From NCBI RefSeq assembly GCF_030144855.1, contig NC_082731.1, positions 24,924,001 to 24,988,000 of the forward strand: a DNA stretch of 64,000 bases, written 5' to 3'. The stretch comes from Hypanus sabinus (Eukaryota). Shown here piece after piece: positions 26,571 to 40,422 of this stretch. The first letter of the stretch is position 1; the number at the start of each line of letters is the position of its first letter. Made by a program: the position numbers and the translations under genes. The notes under the pieces are model-generated. The model was not told the origin of the DNA. It saw nothing but the letters and a program-made list of their open reading frames with translations, and made no database searches.

Positions 26571-26709
26571 GTGAAGAACCATTAACAATTGTCCGCAATT
26601 TGCGAATTAAATTTGAAACGCAACAAATAGATTCAGAAGTCGAAGTATAAGCCGTCCAGTGTGTTTTACATCAAATGCCACTTCACTAATACATAATCGT
26701 AATTTCCAG

Positions 26710-26973
26710 TCTTCAGTCCATTACCCAAAGCCCTAGAGCGGTGACGAAAAGTAATCACATGCAGGTTCCATACCGTTTTGTGGAGACAATTTTATTATGC
26801 ATCCGGAACCTTCTACAAACAGTGGCAGCTAGGAATGGGGTTGGACCGTTTCTAGCACAGGTAAACATATATTGCAACGAAAAATAATGCAGAAATGACA
26901 GCTACCATGAAAATTATTAATCTTGGAATTAAGGACAGCGCCATCTATTTCTGTAAATTTGAATATAAATATA
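26710..26973 (+). pseudogene. NAR-TCR V segment, cassette 2
   Basis: About 17-nt FR1 deletion removing the extra Cys; ITCRFHTVLWRQFYYASGTFYKQ...F*HR*...AEMTATMKIINLGIKDSAIYFCKFEYKY; CACAGAG 26974-26980 with a degenerate nonamer. Confidence 0.85.
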
Positions 26974-27159
26974 CACAGAGCTTGGAAAAGGATTCCTGCT
27001 GCATTCAAATACTCTCTGTAAAGTATTTCATTAACAGCTTATGGAGCGGAAGTAATCTGCCAGTTATTCCACAAAGCAATTCTTCTGCGTTCCACACAGT
27101 AAAGTTTGCACTGGAACTAGAAATTTACTGTTCATACTCCAGTTCTTTTCTTGTTCTGC

Positions 27160-27167
27160 ATTTGCAT
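27160..27167 (+). promoter_or_regulatory. Octamer motif in V-D interval, cassette 2
   Basis: Exact ATTTGCAT. Confidence 0.5.
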
Positions 27168-27333
27168 TGATGAAACGAACTTTCCCAGGAATTGCGTAGT
27201 GAAAAACAACTGAAAATTATGTTCGTCCTTCCTAATTCCTTACTTCAGCGCGACCGAGCTCCAACAGTAAGGAACAGTTCGGAAGCTTTTACCTACAACC
27301 CACTCCATTCTGCGTCTAGAACCTGACATGATA

Positions 27334-27383
27334 TACTGTGCATCCTTCGAATACGCACAACGGATGGAAATCTAACAAAGATC
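27334..27383 (+). other. NAR-TCR D segment, cassette 2 (coding 27341-27355)
   Basis: TACTGTG, CATCCTTCGAATACG, CACAACG 27356-27362, 12 nt, ACAAAGATC. Confidence 0.8.
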
Positions 27384-27718
27384 TCGGCCTGAATAAAGTA
27401 TACATTCTGCAGTCGGGAAATCGAATCATAAGTTGCATCACTTTTGCGCCATTTTTCTCGGGAATCCCCTTGTATTTTGGGCATTTCATAGCATTTTCAT
27501 TGACGATTGCTGCAACTTGGGGAAATAATATTTGGAAAGTGCAATGTCTCCGTTTTAGAGACTTTCTTTTTCAGAGGGAACTTCGTAGGATTTTATGGAG
27601 CACTAAGTGTTGTTGATGATGTTTTAAAATTCCAGAAGATGTTTGCAGTGTCCAGTGATGGCTGCACGACAGTCTGCAGTGAGGACGGTATTGGTACTAT
27701 TGAGACTGAGATTCGGAC

Positions 27719-27789
27719 TACTTTGAGTGTCTACAGAGCTAATTATAAGGATGGAGCTGGGTCTAGAGCCGCGGTCACAGTCGGTAACT
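27719..27789 (+). other. NAR-TCR J segment, cassette 2 (coding 27726-27783), degenerate RSS
   Basis: TACTTTG, then SVYRANYKDGAGSRAAVTV+G, donor GTAACT. Confidence 0.8.
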
Positions 27790-29173
27790 ATGTAAACCGG
27801 CCAAATTTATAAAGTTGTTTCTTCATTGTGCTTGCGAGTGTAGTTTTGCTGAAGATATCAAGTTTGATAGAGATTTCAGGTGTAGAAGCTATAAGGTTGG
27901 GACTGATGAAGAATAACATGTTTAGATTGGCAGCCATGACCCCGTCCAAGGAAAGGGACACTTTAATTAAAAACATCTCATCTCGGTACCCATGCAGTGC
28001 ATATGCAGAAATGTAATTTGTGTTGCCATCAGTTGGTTTGGTGGGCAACAGAAGAAATGTTGAACTTGTGTCAGCATATAGCGCTCTCAGAACTTTCCCG
28101 GAACTTCATACGGAAATCCTGCGCTGAGTGATTGTACAGGTTCTCAGAAATTGCAAGTTAGAAGATTGAAAAAAAAAATCTTTATCATGTACACGCTATG
28201 CGGTATATGTAATTCGACAGTTGAGCACCCAGTTGCAAACGAACCTGATAACGAGATGTAAACTGCAATGGAAGCGACGTCAGTCAGACTACATGAAAAC
28301 ATTTTAAGACAGCAGCATAAATATCATATGCAATAAAGGTGGAAAAAGCAGTATAAGGGGAGCAAACATATGAGAACTTAGTGAGCTGTACGTATAACGG
28401 AGGAAGAACTGGCATTGCGGCGGGGAAGCAATAGAAAAAAAAACTTCAGAAACTGGAAAGCCAAGTACCACACCCAAACTGGGAGATTATTTCCGCAAAA
28501 TAATTTGGCATCTATGAATACACTGATGGATTGTCTCTGCTTGAAGCATCGACTGTGTAGTCATTTCTATAGATGCTGCTTGAGTCGCTGAAGTCTTTCA
28601 ACTCAGTGGATGTGTTACACCGAATTCGTATGAAGTTTTAACCCCATGTGTTTTTACTTTAATAACTTATAACGTTTGTCACACAGATCCTCTTCCTAAA
28701 TATGGAAAATCATTCCCTTCTCATTGATCATAATCCCCTAAATGAAAGAGCAACATATTCCTAGAGTTCATAAGTCGTTGTAAATATATATATCCATTTT
28801 GCCATTCGTTTTTCACTTACAGAAATGGAAGCAAAAATAGAATTTTACACAATAGAACAGGGAGTCATCCCTCTCTGTGGCTTTCGGCTCCGTGAGAATT
28901 TTCAGCAATTATCTATATTTGAATTATGTTTTCCCGGTACGTTTCATATTTCCCAGTATTTACATGTCGTAATTTCAGTTCTCCTCCGGGACCATCTGCC
29001 AAAAGATTTTCCACCACAGCAAGTTGCTGGAAAAATCACCAAAGAAAATGAAAACATTTTGGAGATATTGTCAACGAAACTAGCAAGTGTGGAACATTCA
29101 CATATTCCTGTGGGTAGCTGATCTAGTAACGATAGTAAAATAATAGTGATGCCTTGTTTTCTAATTCCTTCTG

Positions 29174-29475
29174 ATCCATTATACCTGGTGTCCAAGAATC
29201 TGCCTCTAAAATCTTTTTATTCTGACGTCGTCATCAAATTAAGCTGCACATATTTCGGATTTTGTACATATACGGTGCACTAATGCCGGCATCTCCAAGC
29301 AGAGCCTCCAAAGCATCTGCTCCACAGGCATAGCTCTGGAGATGTGGATCAGGAAAATGCTGCCAAGCAGACTTCCTCGGTGCTCTTTATCGTGAAAAGA
29401 AAATCAGCACTTTAAGGCTCTCGAACCTGCAAGTGAGCATTTCGAATTTGTATCAATGTGCCAGAAGTCGGCGTA
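29174..29475 (+). pseudogene. Supporting TCR-delta V, cassette 2
   Basis: Acceptor AG changed to TG (29172-29173); DPLYLVSKN...KLSCTYFGFCTYTVH* with TAA at 29281-29283; -1 indel near 29370. Confidence 0.85.
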
Positions 29476-29568
29476 AACAGTGATTTACAGAAAAAGCGAA
29501 ATGCGATGAAACCTCAATGTCGTGGTTGTTACAGCATTTCATAAGAGGCAATGAGCTGGAGAAACACC
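29476..29568 (+). other. Degenerate tandem RSS pair after V-delta 2
   Basis: AACAGTG-22-GATGAAACC, 16 nt, TACAGCA-23-AGAAACACC; aligns to 57035-57128. Confidence 0.7.
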
Positions 29569-29869
29569 TGAAATCCTCAAGACCCCAAGCAAGAAACCGA
29601 AAATCCTGGACTAATCTGTCTGGCTCGAAAAGAAGCAAAGATAAATCATAATATGCTGTCATCAGCTGAAGTCTATTGAATAGTTTACGCTCCATCAGAC
29701 AATGGGAAAACTACCTGCCAATTACACCTCGACGCGTATGGCGTCTTTCGGTTACGTTTGAGTCCTCCGTCAGCCGCGATTGGAACAAATACATTTTATC
29801 GAAAATTCGTTCCTTGATGACAGACGGGAAAAAAGTTATTTTTTAAATTTAACTTACTCCTAAGCTTTT

Positions 29870-32800
29870 GCCCCTTAACACTCAACTACCCCTAGACTTT
29901 TGCCCCTTAACTCTCAACTTATGTACTCTTGTTTGAATCTCTCCTATTCTCAATGTAAAGAAGCCTATCCATGTCAAATCTGTCTATACCCCTCATAATA
30001 TTAAATACATCTATCAAGTCACCCCTGAACCTTCTACGCTCCAAACAATAAAGAACTAACTTGGTCCAGCTTTCTCTGTAACTTAGGTCCTGAAACCCAG
30101 GAAACATTTAGTTCATCTCCTCGGTACTTTCTCTACTTTGTGGACATCTTTCCTAAAATTCTTGACCAGAACTCTACACAATACCACAAATTTGTTCTCA
30201 CCAATGCCTTGTACAGTTTTAGCATTACATACCATCTCCTATACTCAGTATTCTGATTTATAAAGACCAGCATATCAAAAGCATTCTTCACTAACCTATC
30301 TGCCTGAGATTTCAATTTCAGGGAACTATGCACCATTATTCCAAGATCACTCTGTTCTACTGCATTCCTCAATATCCTAACATTTAGCATGTATGTCCTA
30401 TATTGATTAGTTCTACCAAAATGTAGCATCTCACACTTCTCAGCATTAAACTCCATCTGCCATCTTTCAGCGCACTCTTCTAACTTGCCTAAATCTCCCT
30501 ACGAGCTGCGAAAATCTGATTCATTATCCACAACGCCACCTATCTTAGTATCATATGCATTCTTAGATATCCAATTTACAATCCCATCATCCAGCTCACT
30601 AATATATATGACAAAGAAAATTGGACCCAGAACAAATCCGTGAGGCACACCACTTGTCACCGGCCTCCAACCTGACAAACATTTATCTACCTCTACGCTC
30701 TGGCATCTCCCATCCCGCCACGGCTGAATCCATTTTACAACTTCAATATTAATACCGAAAGATTGAATCTTCCTAATTAACTTTCCGTCTGGAGCCTTGT
30801 CAATGGCATTATCGAAGTCCAAATGGACAACATCCACTGCTTTACCCTCGATAACATTCCTTGCAACCTCTTCAACTGCTTCAATAAGGTTTGTCAAACA
30901 TGACCTTCCACAAAAAAAAAAAAAAAAAAAAAAAAAAATCCATGTTTCATGTTCCAAATCAGACCCTGTCTATCCAGATAATTATATATACTATCTTCAG
31001 GAATACTTTCCATTAAGTTACCCACGACTGAAGTTAAACTTACAGGCCGATAATTGCGAAGTTTACTCTTAGAGCACTTTTTAAACAACGGATCTAATGA
31101 GCAATACTGCAATCCTCCGTCACCATCCTCGTTTCTAATGACATTTGAAATATTTCCTTCAGAGCCCCTGCTATTTCGAAACTAATTACCCTCAAAGTCC
31201 TAGGGAATTCCTGTATCCACTTTTATATTCTTTAACAGCGCCGGCACATCCTCTTCTTTAGTTATCATAGTTTCCATAACTACCCTACTTGTTTCCCTCA
31301 CCTTACACAATTCAATATCCTTCACCTTAATGAGTATCAAAGGAAATAAATCGTATAAAATCTCCCCCATCTCGTTTGGCTTCAAGCAGAACTGTCCAGT
31401 CTTTTCTCTAAGGGACCAACTTTATCCCACACTATCCTTTTGCTATTAATATAACTGTAGAAACCCTTTGGATCTATTTTCACCTTACTTGCCAAAGCAA
31501 AGTCATATCTTCTTTTAGCTTTTCGAATTTCTTTCTTAAGATTCTTTTTAGATTCTTTATATTCCACGAGCACCTCATTTACCGCATGCTGCTATACTTA
31601 CTGTAGATCTCTCTTTTTCCAAAGCAAGTTTCCAAAACCTATTGAAAACCACGTCTCTCTCAAACTTTTGATCTTTCTTTTCAACCGAACAGGAATATAA
31701 AGTTTCGGTACCCTCAAATTTATCCTTTCAATGACTTCCGTTTCTCTCTTTCATCCTTCACATAAAACAAATTGCCCCAATCCACTCCTTCTAAATCATT
31801 TCGCATGTCCTCAAATTTAGCTTTTCTCCAATCAGAGATCTGAACCCTGGTTCCAGTCCTGTCCTTCTCCATAATTATATTGAAACTAATGTAATTGTGA
31901 TCACTGGAGTCGAAGTGCTCCCCAACAGATACCTCCGTCACCTGACTTATCTCATTCACTAGCAGTAGATCTAACACTGCCCCTTCTCTAGTTGGTAACT
32001 CTATGTATTCTTGAAAAAAAAGATTCTGCACACATTTTACAAACTCCAAACCATTCAGCCCTTTTACAGAATAGGCTTTCGAGTCCAAGCGTTGAAAATT
32101 AAATCTCCGAAAATCACAATCGTGTGCTTACTGCAAATATCTGCTATCGGCTAACAAATTTGCTCCTCCCATTCTTGCTCCCCATTAGGTGGTCTATCAT
32201 ACACAACTATGTGTTACCACCTTTCTCATTTCTCAATTCCACCTAAATACTCTCCCTCGACGAGCCCGCGAAACTATCCTGCCGAAGCAGCGCTGTAATA
32301 TTTTCTCTGATAAGAAATGCAAAACCTCCCCTTCTTGCCCCTCCGATTCTATCATACCAGAAGGAATGAAATCCAGGAATATTTAATTTCTAATCACCCA
32401 ACGACTGCAAACATATTTCACTCATAGCTACGATATCATATTCCCAGGTATCAATCCATGCTTTGAGCTCATCCTCCTTTCTTACAATGCCCCTATTATT
32501 CAGATAGACGCATTTAAGAATCTCTCCATCTCTTACACTCTATTTATTCCTAACGGTGCAAACAAATTTATGATCTGTTTACTCCTTCTCCCCTACATCT
32601 TCGGTCTGATCGCTCCCCTTCTCTGTCACATGACTGTCTTCCCTGACACACTATCTACTCGCGTTCACTATTTGTGAATTCACCTCCTCTCCCCTAGTCT
32701 CTTTAAGTTGACTCCCACCCTCATCCATTCACGTTTATATTCTCCCCAGAATCCTTTGCAAATCTCCCCGCCAGGATATTGGTTGCCCTAGGATTCAAGT

Positions 32801-33720
32801 GTAACCCGTCCTTTTTGTACAGGTCACGCCTGCCCCAAAAGAGGTACCAGTGATTCAGAAAGTCGGATCCCTTCCCCGTGCTACAATCCCTCATCCACGC
32901 ATTTATCCTCCACCTCATTCCATTCCTACTCTCACTGTCGCTTAGCACAGGCTGTAATCCCGAGATTACTACATTTGTGGTCCATCTTCTTTACTCCCTT
33001 CCTTATATACAATATTCTCCTTTCAGGACCTCTTCCTTTTTCCTACCTATGCCATTGGTACCGATATGTACCACGATCTTTGGTTCCTCACCCTACCATT
33101 TTAGGATATCTTGGACGCAATCAGAAACTTCCCGGACCCTGGCACCAGGGAGGTACACTACCATCCGGGTCTCCAGACTGAGTCCACAGAATCACCTATC
33201 TGTCCCCAGAACTGTGAAGTCCCCAATCACTACTGCCTCCCTCTTCTTTTTCCCTACGTTTCTGAGCTACAGGACCAGACTCTGTGCCGGAGGCACGGCC
33301 ACAATTTCTTCCCACAGGCAGGCTGCCCTCCCGCCCAACAGTACTCAAACAGGATTACTTATTCTCATGGTGGACTCGTCCCGTTCCACTTCCTAACCAT
33401 GACCCACTTGTCTGCGTCCCGTGGCCCCGGATTGACCATCTGCCTGTAACTCATCTCCATCATCTCCTCGAGCTGCAGCTCAGCGCACCTGGCGCAGATG
33501 TGGACGTCCGGGAGGCTAGGAAAACCCATGACCTTCCGCATCCGACATCGTGAACAAATGTGCCGTCACACTCCTAATTCCCCCTTTCCACAAATAACAG
33601 GAAAAATTGATCAATAAACCTACCTTGATTCGCCCGTTTCCGTCTAAGTCCGTTGAGCCAAAGACCCTAAGCATTCACGCTGCTCCCGGCTCACTGTGTG
33701 TAATGATGTGTCCCTTTTAC
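29870..33720 (-). mobile_element. Near full-length decayed CR1 LINE (ORF1 esterase, APE, RT)
   Basis: ORF1 remnant DLYKKDGLHLNPRATNILAGRFAK (32721..32948); APE REGAVLDLLL/SSDHN (31720..32088); RT NYRPVSLTSVVG and GVPHGFVLGP. Confidence 0.9.
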
Positions 33721-34014
33721 GTCTTCCGCGCTTTACTGTCCGACGTCACACGCCTGCACAGTCCCGCCTCTCTTCACTCCGATGAGAACAAGAAAGTCAA
33801 AATGGCTCCGGCCGCTCTCACGCTCCGATTCTCAGACTTTCTTCTCCGGCAGGTCTACAGGTTTAGGTTGCAGGCAGGACCACAATCGCCGCTTAAAGGC
33901 AGGGCTACAGGCCAAGTTTCAGAGCGAAGGTAGGGAACATTCCAGCCTCAGAGTAATGGCAGAAATGGCTTGGCTTACTCAACGAAGGCAAGGACAGAAA
34001 GGCACATATCATAC

Positions 34015-35110
34015 TGTAGTGTCACGGCAAGAACAAACTGACTTACCCCACGGTGCCTCCGTGACAGAAAATGAGGGACTGGAAAGTGACGAGGCCAACC
34101 GGCAACCACACACGAACCCAGGGAGGCTTATATTCAAGCCCCGATATGAGAATGAGGTGCCTGTCATTAAGAGGAACTGAAACAACGGACAACCAGAAGA
34201 CTCGGAGTCTGTAGTAAATGGACCGGACCTTGAACCGGAAAGCGGACTGTTTCGGACCGTATCATGACAGTACGCCCCACCCCACCCCCAGTCTCTAATG
34301 GGACACCCCAGGCGACTTAACAGGCTCTTCAGGACTAAGTAGGACCTGGGCCGGTGTGGGTGGGTTGTCAATCAGGAAACAACCCAGAATGAGGAGAATT
34401 AGAAGACAGCGTGTGCGTTGCAGGTTCCATGTATGGCTGGTTCTTTCTGACGTGAGGTAGGCGTTGAGAGCGGACTCAAGTGCAGGACCCAGACACTGAA
34501 GTACTAGGGAAAGGACTTGGCGTGGCAGGAAAGCAAGGGAAGTGGGGGAGAAATTATGCTGGAAAAGAATGACGCCCTGGACTAAACGAGGATAAAGGGC
34601 CTCGGCTAGGACTAGAGTAGGAAAGTGGGACCTGAATGTGGAACTCGGAAATGGAAACAAGGAACTAGGAAATTGCGAAAGGACTCCGAGCCTGAGACTG
34701 GACTGGGACTCGGAACCTAGGACTTGACTCGCGCTTGGACTCCGTATCCAGACGAGGACTGGACGTTCCAAGGCAACAGTACTGGACGTGGAGTCAAGAC
34801 GCGGGACTCCAGGGCTGGACGTCGACATAAACCTGTGACTTGGTCTTGATTGATGGAGAACAGTAACGCAGCACGTAGATCAAGAGATAGCAGGAACCCA
34901 GAGAACGCAGGTAATGTAAGCGCCTGACTCAGAACTTTCGCCGAGTCCTGTTGTAAATGGCTATGCCATTTCTCCGCTTTAGTGGTCAGCAACCACATCT
35001 TTACAAAAGCTGATGATAAAACTGTTGGCCATCGGAAAGAATAAAACGATGGACCATCTGCACTTCGCCATCTAATGGAAATTAAAGTAACACATGTCAA
35101 ACCTATCCAG
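34015..35110 (-). mobile_element. Gypsy-like LTR retrotransposon remnant (LTR 34015-34269 plus internal)
   Basis: TGTAGT...ATGACA termini; adjacent C-rich tract that reads as a polypurine tract on the minus strand; internal coding identity weak. Confidence 0.5.
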
Positions 35111-36574
35111 CTGGACAACTCACGCCAAACCATTCGGCAAACTTTGCTGTATCAACTATTTTAGAACAATAAACTGGCCATCTGAAAAATCCTTCATAAA
35201 ACGAGAATAACCCCATTTTTTCGACATTATGTCGATATAATAGTTTTTTTTTGTATATCCCCATCTCAGGTATGGATTGACGCAATCACCCTACATTTTC
35301 TGTATTAAAACAATAGACAAAACTATTTGTGATATCTGCTGTAAACGCCCGTTCAGTCACTATAAACGGGACATTCTAGCATTTATCGTTATCCCGCTTG
35401 GAAAAACCTTATCTTTGAACGTCATAATCTTACGAAATTCTGTTTGACTTTCAACCAGTGTTGCTCCGAAATGAAAAGATCTGGTTTACTCAGAACTTCC
35501 CCGAAGGCATTCTCTAATTCATGAGGCGGCATGATAAATCTTCTGAGTTCTCTTATTAAACCTTCAACATCTCCTCTATAATGAGACGCTCAGAAATTAA
35601 CACATTTCTCTTGGTATTGTTTAATCGGAACTTCAGAGATCTTCTCGCGGCTTTTAAAATGAATATCCAGTCAAATGAAGGACAGCTCACCATACTTTTA
35701 CTTAAATATACTTGCGTGGCAGCGATGATGAATCTACTGACGTGGACGCCGAGATCCATCTGCACCTCTGCACCGGTAAGAATCGGTATAATAACCGTGT
35801 ACTAAGACTTTAAGTTCGACTTTTCAATGTTCTTTGTTTCACACGTTGCTTTTTTTATAACATAAAAATATGTTATAATTAATCTTCCCAGAACTACATT
35901 TTTTTATACATCCCGTTGAAAAGTGTCAACTTTCTACTCGATGCACTATACCATCAACGATTATGTAATTTCTCTATTTTTACAACCATGTGATTACACA
36001 AAATGAAGACAGTATTTTTTAATGTCACAATGAGTGAGAGTCTTAAAACAATTACTCACGAAATATCACTAATTTCAGAAATACTGGCATAATATCTTGA
36101 AAATAATACCACACCCTGCATTCCGAAGACAGGGGAATTTCCAGGGGAAATGTTCTGCCGTTTCATCATATGGAAGAGAAACTACGACAGCGGGTCGCGG
36201 ACTGACTAGGTCAACGCGCAGAAATATAATGCTGTGTTACTAAACACTCCGTTTCTCACTATGAATATGGACACATTGTATCCGAATCATTAATTTCATT
36301 ATTAGAACGACCTCACTTTTCTTTCAATTTCCTTGACTAGTTGAGCAACTTCTCGACACAGTTAACTTCGAGCTGCTGTCGCGATAATGTTAATCATTCC
36401 ACTTCACTTTTTTGGAATAACGTCATTGAAAGAAGGAAACTTTCATAGCTGCAGGCTCCTGTGGAGCCAAGCAAATTTCCAAACCGTTCCTTGTTATTCC
36501 TTTAATTATTTACATTGAAATAAAACGTGAAACAACTCCTTCCTACCAAGCGTGCCGCACTGCCCGACAATCGA

Positions 36575-36920
36575 CCATAAGACCATAAGACATAGGCGTG
36601 GAATTAGGCCATTTAGCCGATCGACTGTGCTCCGCCAACCCATCATGGCTGAACCCACATCACTCTTAACTCCGTACACCTGCGGTCTCGCAAAATCATT
36701 TCGCTCCCTGACCAATGAGATACGATCAACATCCGCCGTAATGATACGCATGCATTTGGCTTCCACTGCAGTTAATGCCATTACCTTTGTTCTTAATGGT
36801 CGCCCTTCAGTGGTCGCTCCTTACCTTTGTTCTAAACCGTCGCCTCTCAACTTTGAGGCTGTGTCTTCTAGTTCCGATTAGCCCAGCCACAGGAAACATG
36901 CTGCAATAACCTCCCTGCCC
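36575..36920 (-). mobile_element. CR1/SINE 3' end
   Basis: ACCATAAGACCATAAGACATAGG tail and CR1-type 3' UTR; paralogous insertion at ~62625. Confidence 0.65.
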
Positions 36921-36979
36921 AGATCATTCAATATCCCAAAGCTATGAAAGAGACATGCACTCCGCCCGCACACTTTTAC

Positions 36980-38014
36980 TGTAATGGTCCATTCCGTGAA
37001 AACCGCACTTCGATTCACGGTCTGGAGCCTCGCCCTGTCTGAAACTATCTGTCTGTGTCCCTGCCTTTGTTCGGTAGGTCCAGCCGCTTTGCCGTTACCT
37101 GGCGTTCGGAAATGCCTCTCTGTATCCACGAAATCGCCAGGTCGGTCCGGCCGTTTTGCCGCAAAGTAGCGTTGGAAACTGTCTCGTCGTGTTTAGCGTT
37201 TTGTGTTTTTAGTCCCGGCCCTACTCCTGTACCCAACAAGGGGTCCCGGCTCTGTCTTCTGTGCGATGAGCCCCGCCCCTACGTCCTGTAGCCAAGGAGT
37301 GGTTCAGTCTCGGTCTTCCATGTTCCAGTCTCTTTCTCGACCCAGACTCTGCGTTCTTTTTCTCCGTCGACCAACGCTCAGTGTTCTGCGTTCCTGTTCT
37401 ACCTCGACCCAGGCACTGTGTTCTGCTTTCCTGTTGTTCCTCGACCGAGGCTCTGAATTCCGCCTCTCCCTCGACCAAGTCATTGCGTTCCTGTCTATTC
37501 TTCGACCAAGTCAATGCTTCGGGTTCTCGTCCAGCTCTAGTCACGACAAGGGTCCTTCTCCTGACCCAGCCACTGCTATGTATATTCGTCTCATCATGTG
37601 CCATGCCCAACCCGGGAGTTCCTTGCAGAGCTCGGTGCTTGGTTCCCTCGTCCTGTATAGGGTTTTCCTTGTCCTGTCCATGAGTCTCACTTCCAGTCCT
37701 GTTTTCTCCCCTCGTCCTGTAGCCACGTCGTGTCTTCATCTGGTTCTGGAAACCGAGCCCGAGTCCAGTCCTTGTCCAGTTTCTGGCTCGGACTCAAAGA
37801 CCATGCTCCTAATTCCCAGTTTCATATCGTGTTCCGCTACCCTTGTCATGTCCGAGCTCTCGCCTGGATTCCTTGTCTCGCCCAGCGCCTGTGTCATATC
37901 CAGCGACCTTTCTTCCTCACTTCTCTTGATTCCAGCTCGTGCCTAGCCCTGTTCCTGGTAGTTCAGTGTCGTCGTCATGCATTTGAATCAGCTCCCTGCG
38001 CCCAAAAGATGACA
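36980..38014. mobile_element. Solo LTR-like element
   Basis: TGTAAT...ATGACA termini; internal CT-rich subrepeats shared with 40423-42614. Confidence 0.6.
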
Positions 38015-38039
38015 TCTGCATTCCAGTGAGTATCGGTCA

Positions 38040-38400
38040 AACCTGCTACAAGGCCTAGAAACGTTTTTTTTTTTTTTTTTCTCTCGACTTGCATTCATTC
38101 GCGTGAACCTCCTCTCGGCTTTCTTCCTAGACAACATACCATCTCTGAGATATGCTGAGGATACTCCAAGTGCGGCCTAACTACTTCTTATAAAAGGGTA
38201 GCATTATCTTTGTGTTTTATTCTCTATTCCTTTTAAATCAATGCCAACCTGCAAATTGAACGTCTGGGAGTCTTGAAGGAGTGTACATAAGTCCTTTTGC
38301 ACGTGATTCAGACATTCAACTATGTAGTATTCTCGGGACAGTTTATAGTGAGCGGTACTAACTGATAAGTACTTGGATTGCGGCAGAAAACATATCACCC
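38040..38400 (-). mobile_element. Decayed CR1 fragment
   Basis: GGATACTCCAAGTGCGGCCTAACTACTTCTTATAAA is the reverse of an LYKxLVRPHLEY-type sequence. Confidence 0.5.
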
Positions 38401-39199
38401 GTTGGAAATCTTCACGCCTATGGAAAGAAACGTACTATCCTGCTTATCGAAGATGCCTGAACGTTCCATCGGACCCCAGCACCACTTGATGTAAAAAATT
38501 CTTGCTATTGCTACGCTGTATTCTGTGGGTTCCAGTCAGAAAGTATACACACTTAACAGATGCTTGCCACAGATTCAGCAGATTATCTTGCTGCCAGTAT
38601 TTAGCACATTCTTTGGTTGGAAGAAACACTGGGAAATAATCAATGGATTGATTGGCGGCACAGGGCTTCGGTTGAAATTAGTGAATATTGGAAAAGGCCA
38701 TTTTACTGTGAGTCTGGGAGATGCTCAAGTATATTCCCAGGTTGTCGTGTAGCTATAATCTTAGGGTCCCACACTACAACGAAAGTACTTTTTTGTGATA
38801 TGCCGTAATTTAGTCCTGAAATCATGTGGACTAAGGAAATGTTCGCTTCCACTTCAGGCTCGGGTCCTCCTGTTCCTGCGTATCATGCACATAATTACTT
38901 CACTTTTTAGCTTATTCACATGCATGGCCAATTGATATTTGCTCACGAACGAAAGCAACATTTATTCGCAGGGCACAAAGCAGCAATAGCAGCGATGATA
39001 TTCCCCACCCACATCACTTTCCGTACACGAACAGGAGATGAAACACCAACACCTTTGTTTCTTCTGTTTGCATCATCTGCCGCACATGTCTATTTTTGCC
39101 TTTGTAGTAATGATTCGTGTGCATTTTTATACTCTTTATTTTTCGTTTATTAATCCAACGCAAAGCTATCACTTTTTATGGGACCGTCGCGTTGTCTTT

Positions 39200-39440
39200 G
39201 TCGAAACATAAAAATAATTCATGACAGCGAGGTCAGAGTAACTGCACTCAATACTCAGAAGTCATTGTCAGCTTACCACTAACTGCCAGTTGAATTTTAC
39301 TTCTACTTTCAGTCGGCGCTGGCATTATGCGTTGTTAAAATGTTGTCCAAAAGAAGCCTTACGAACAACAACTCATCTTCCATTTGGGCAAGATACTACC
39401 TTCCAGACACAACGTAGATTCGCATCTTTAGCTAACTTAC
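39200..39440 (+). mobile_element. Penelope 3' (GIY-YIG region) fragment
   Basis: GAACAACAACTCATCTTCCATTTGGGC = EQQLIFHLG. Confidence 0.5.
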
Positions 39441-40422
39441 TGGTCTTTACTTTTTTTGTTGATCTTGTCTTCCCTAAAAGAACCGCGTCTGTGGTGCGGG
39501 GTATTTGCAGTTGACTCTGGTGGGTTGTTGACCATCACGAGGCCGTAGTTCGGAATGAAATACCGCAGATAAAAATATAATCAAATCCAACATGTGAAGA
39601 TAACATGTGAATTCCAAATGTGAACCAAATACCGGACATTTCAGTATGTCGAAAGCGGAATGTCCACAGTTATGGCTGCAGTGTTTTCAGTGTTCTGCCG
39701 TTAAGCTCAGGTCACGCGATTGCAAGCAACACTGTTCCCTAATGTCTTTCCATCAAACAGAAGAAGAAGAAGAAAGCATGTAATTCCGAGAGGAGTAATC
39801 GGAAAGCTGTCGTGATGGAAGGAAAGCATGCAGGGGAGCCGGCTGGGTAAGAAATCGGGAGCCTTCCACCGAAGTCCGGCGCCGTAGCTACAACATTACC
39901 AGCCGGCCTTTCCTCCAATACGCTGGTGTAAAATGTTCTGGTACATTTGGCAATTACTTACAGAATCCAATAACTCGAAGCACTAGGAAATGACGAAATT
40001 CGCAGACTTTGGAACATGAACCAGATATACATTGTGACTATGTTAATATCAATAATTGATGGCATCTGAATGCCAGTAATTAAAATGTTAAGGAGCTAAG
40101 GCTACACAACAATATTTATGTCAATCTTCAGATAGCCACAGCACGTAACGTACCTAGAATTGTTCCTCGTAATTGTCAAATGAGCGTGTACAGGCTTTAG
40201 CTCAGAGACAGAGAGAGAAAAAAAAATCCTAATAATAATTAATATAATTGTAACAGAATTTTCTGTAGATATAAACATAAAAGTTGTTTCGGATATTTGA
40301 AGAAAATTCAGCTGTAGCAGTTTAACAAAATCTGTTTACTTACAAAGGTAAAATTATGTAACTAAAGTCATTCATCAATACCTAGCATTAAAAATAAAAA
40401 CTCATGAAGGAAATCACATCAT

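Noticed and set aside
37203-37946. 247-aa ORF and the similar ORFs at 41967-42623
   Set aside because: Low-complexity Ser/Pro/Leu translations of LTR subrepeats.
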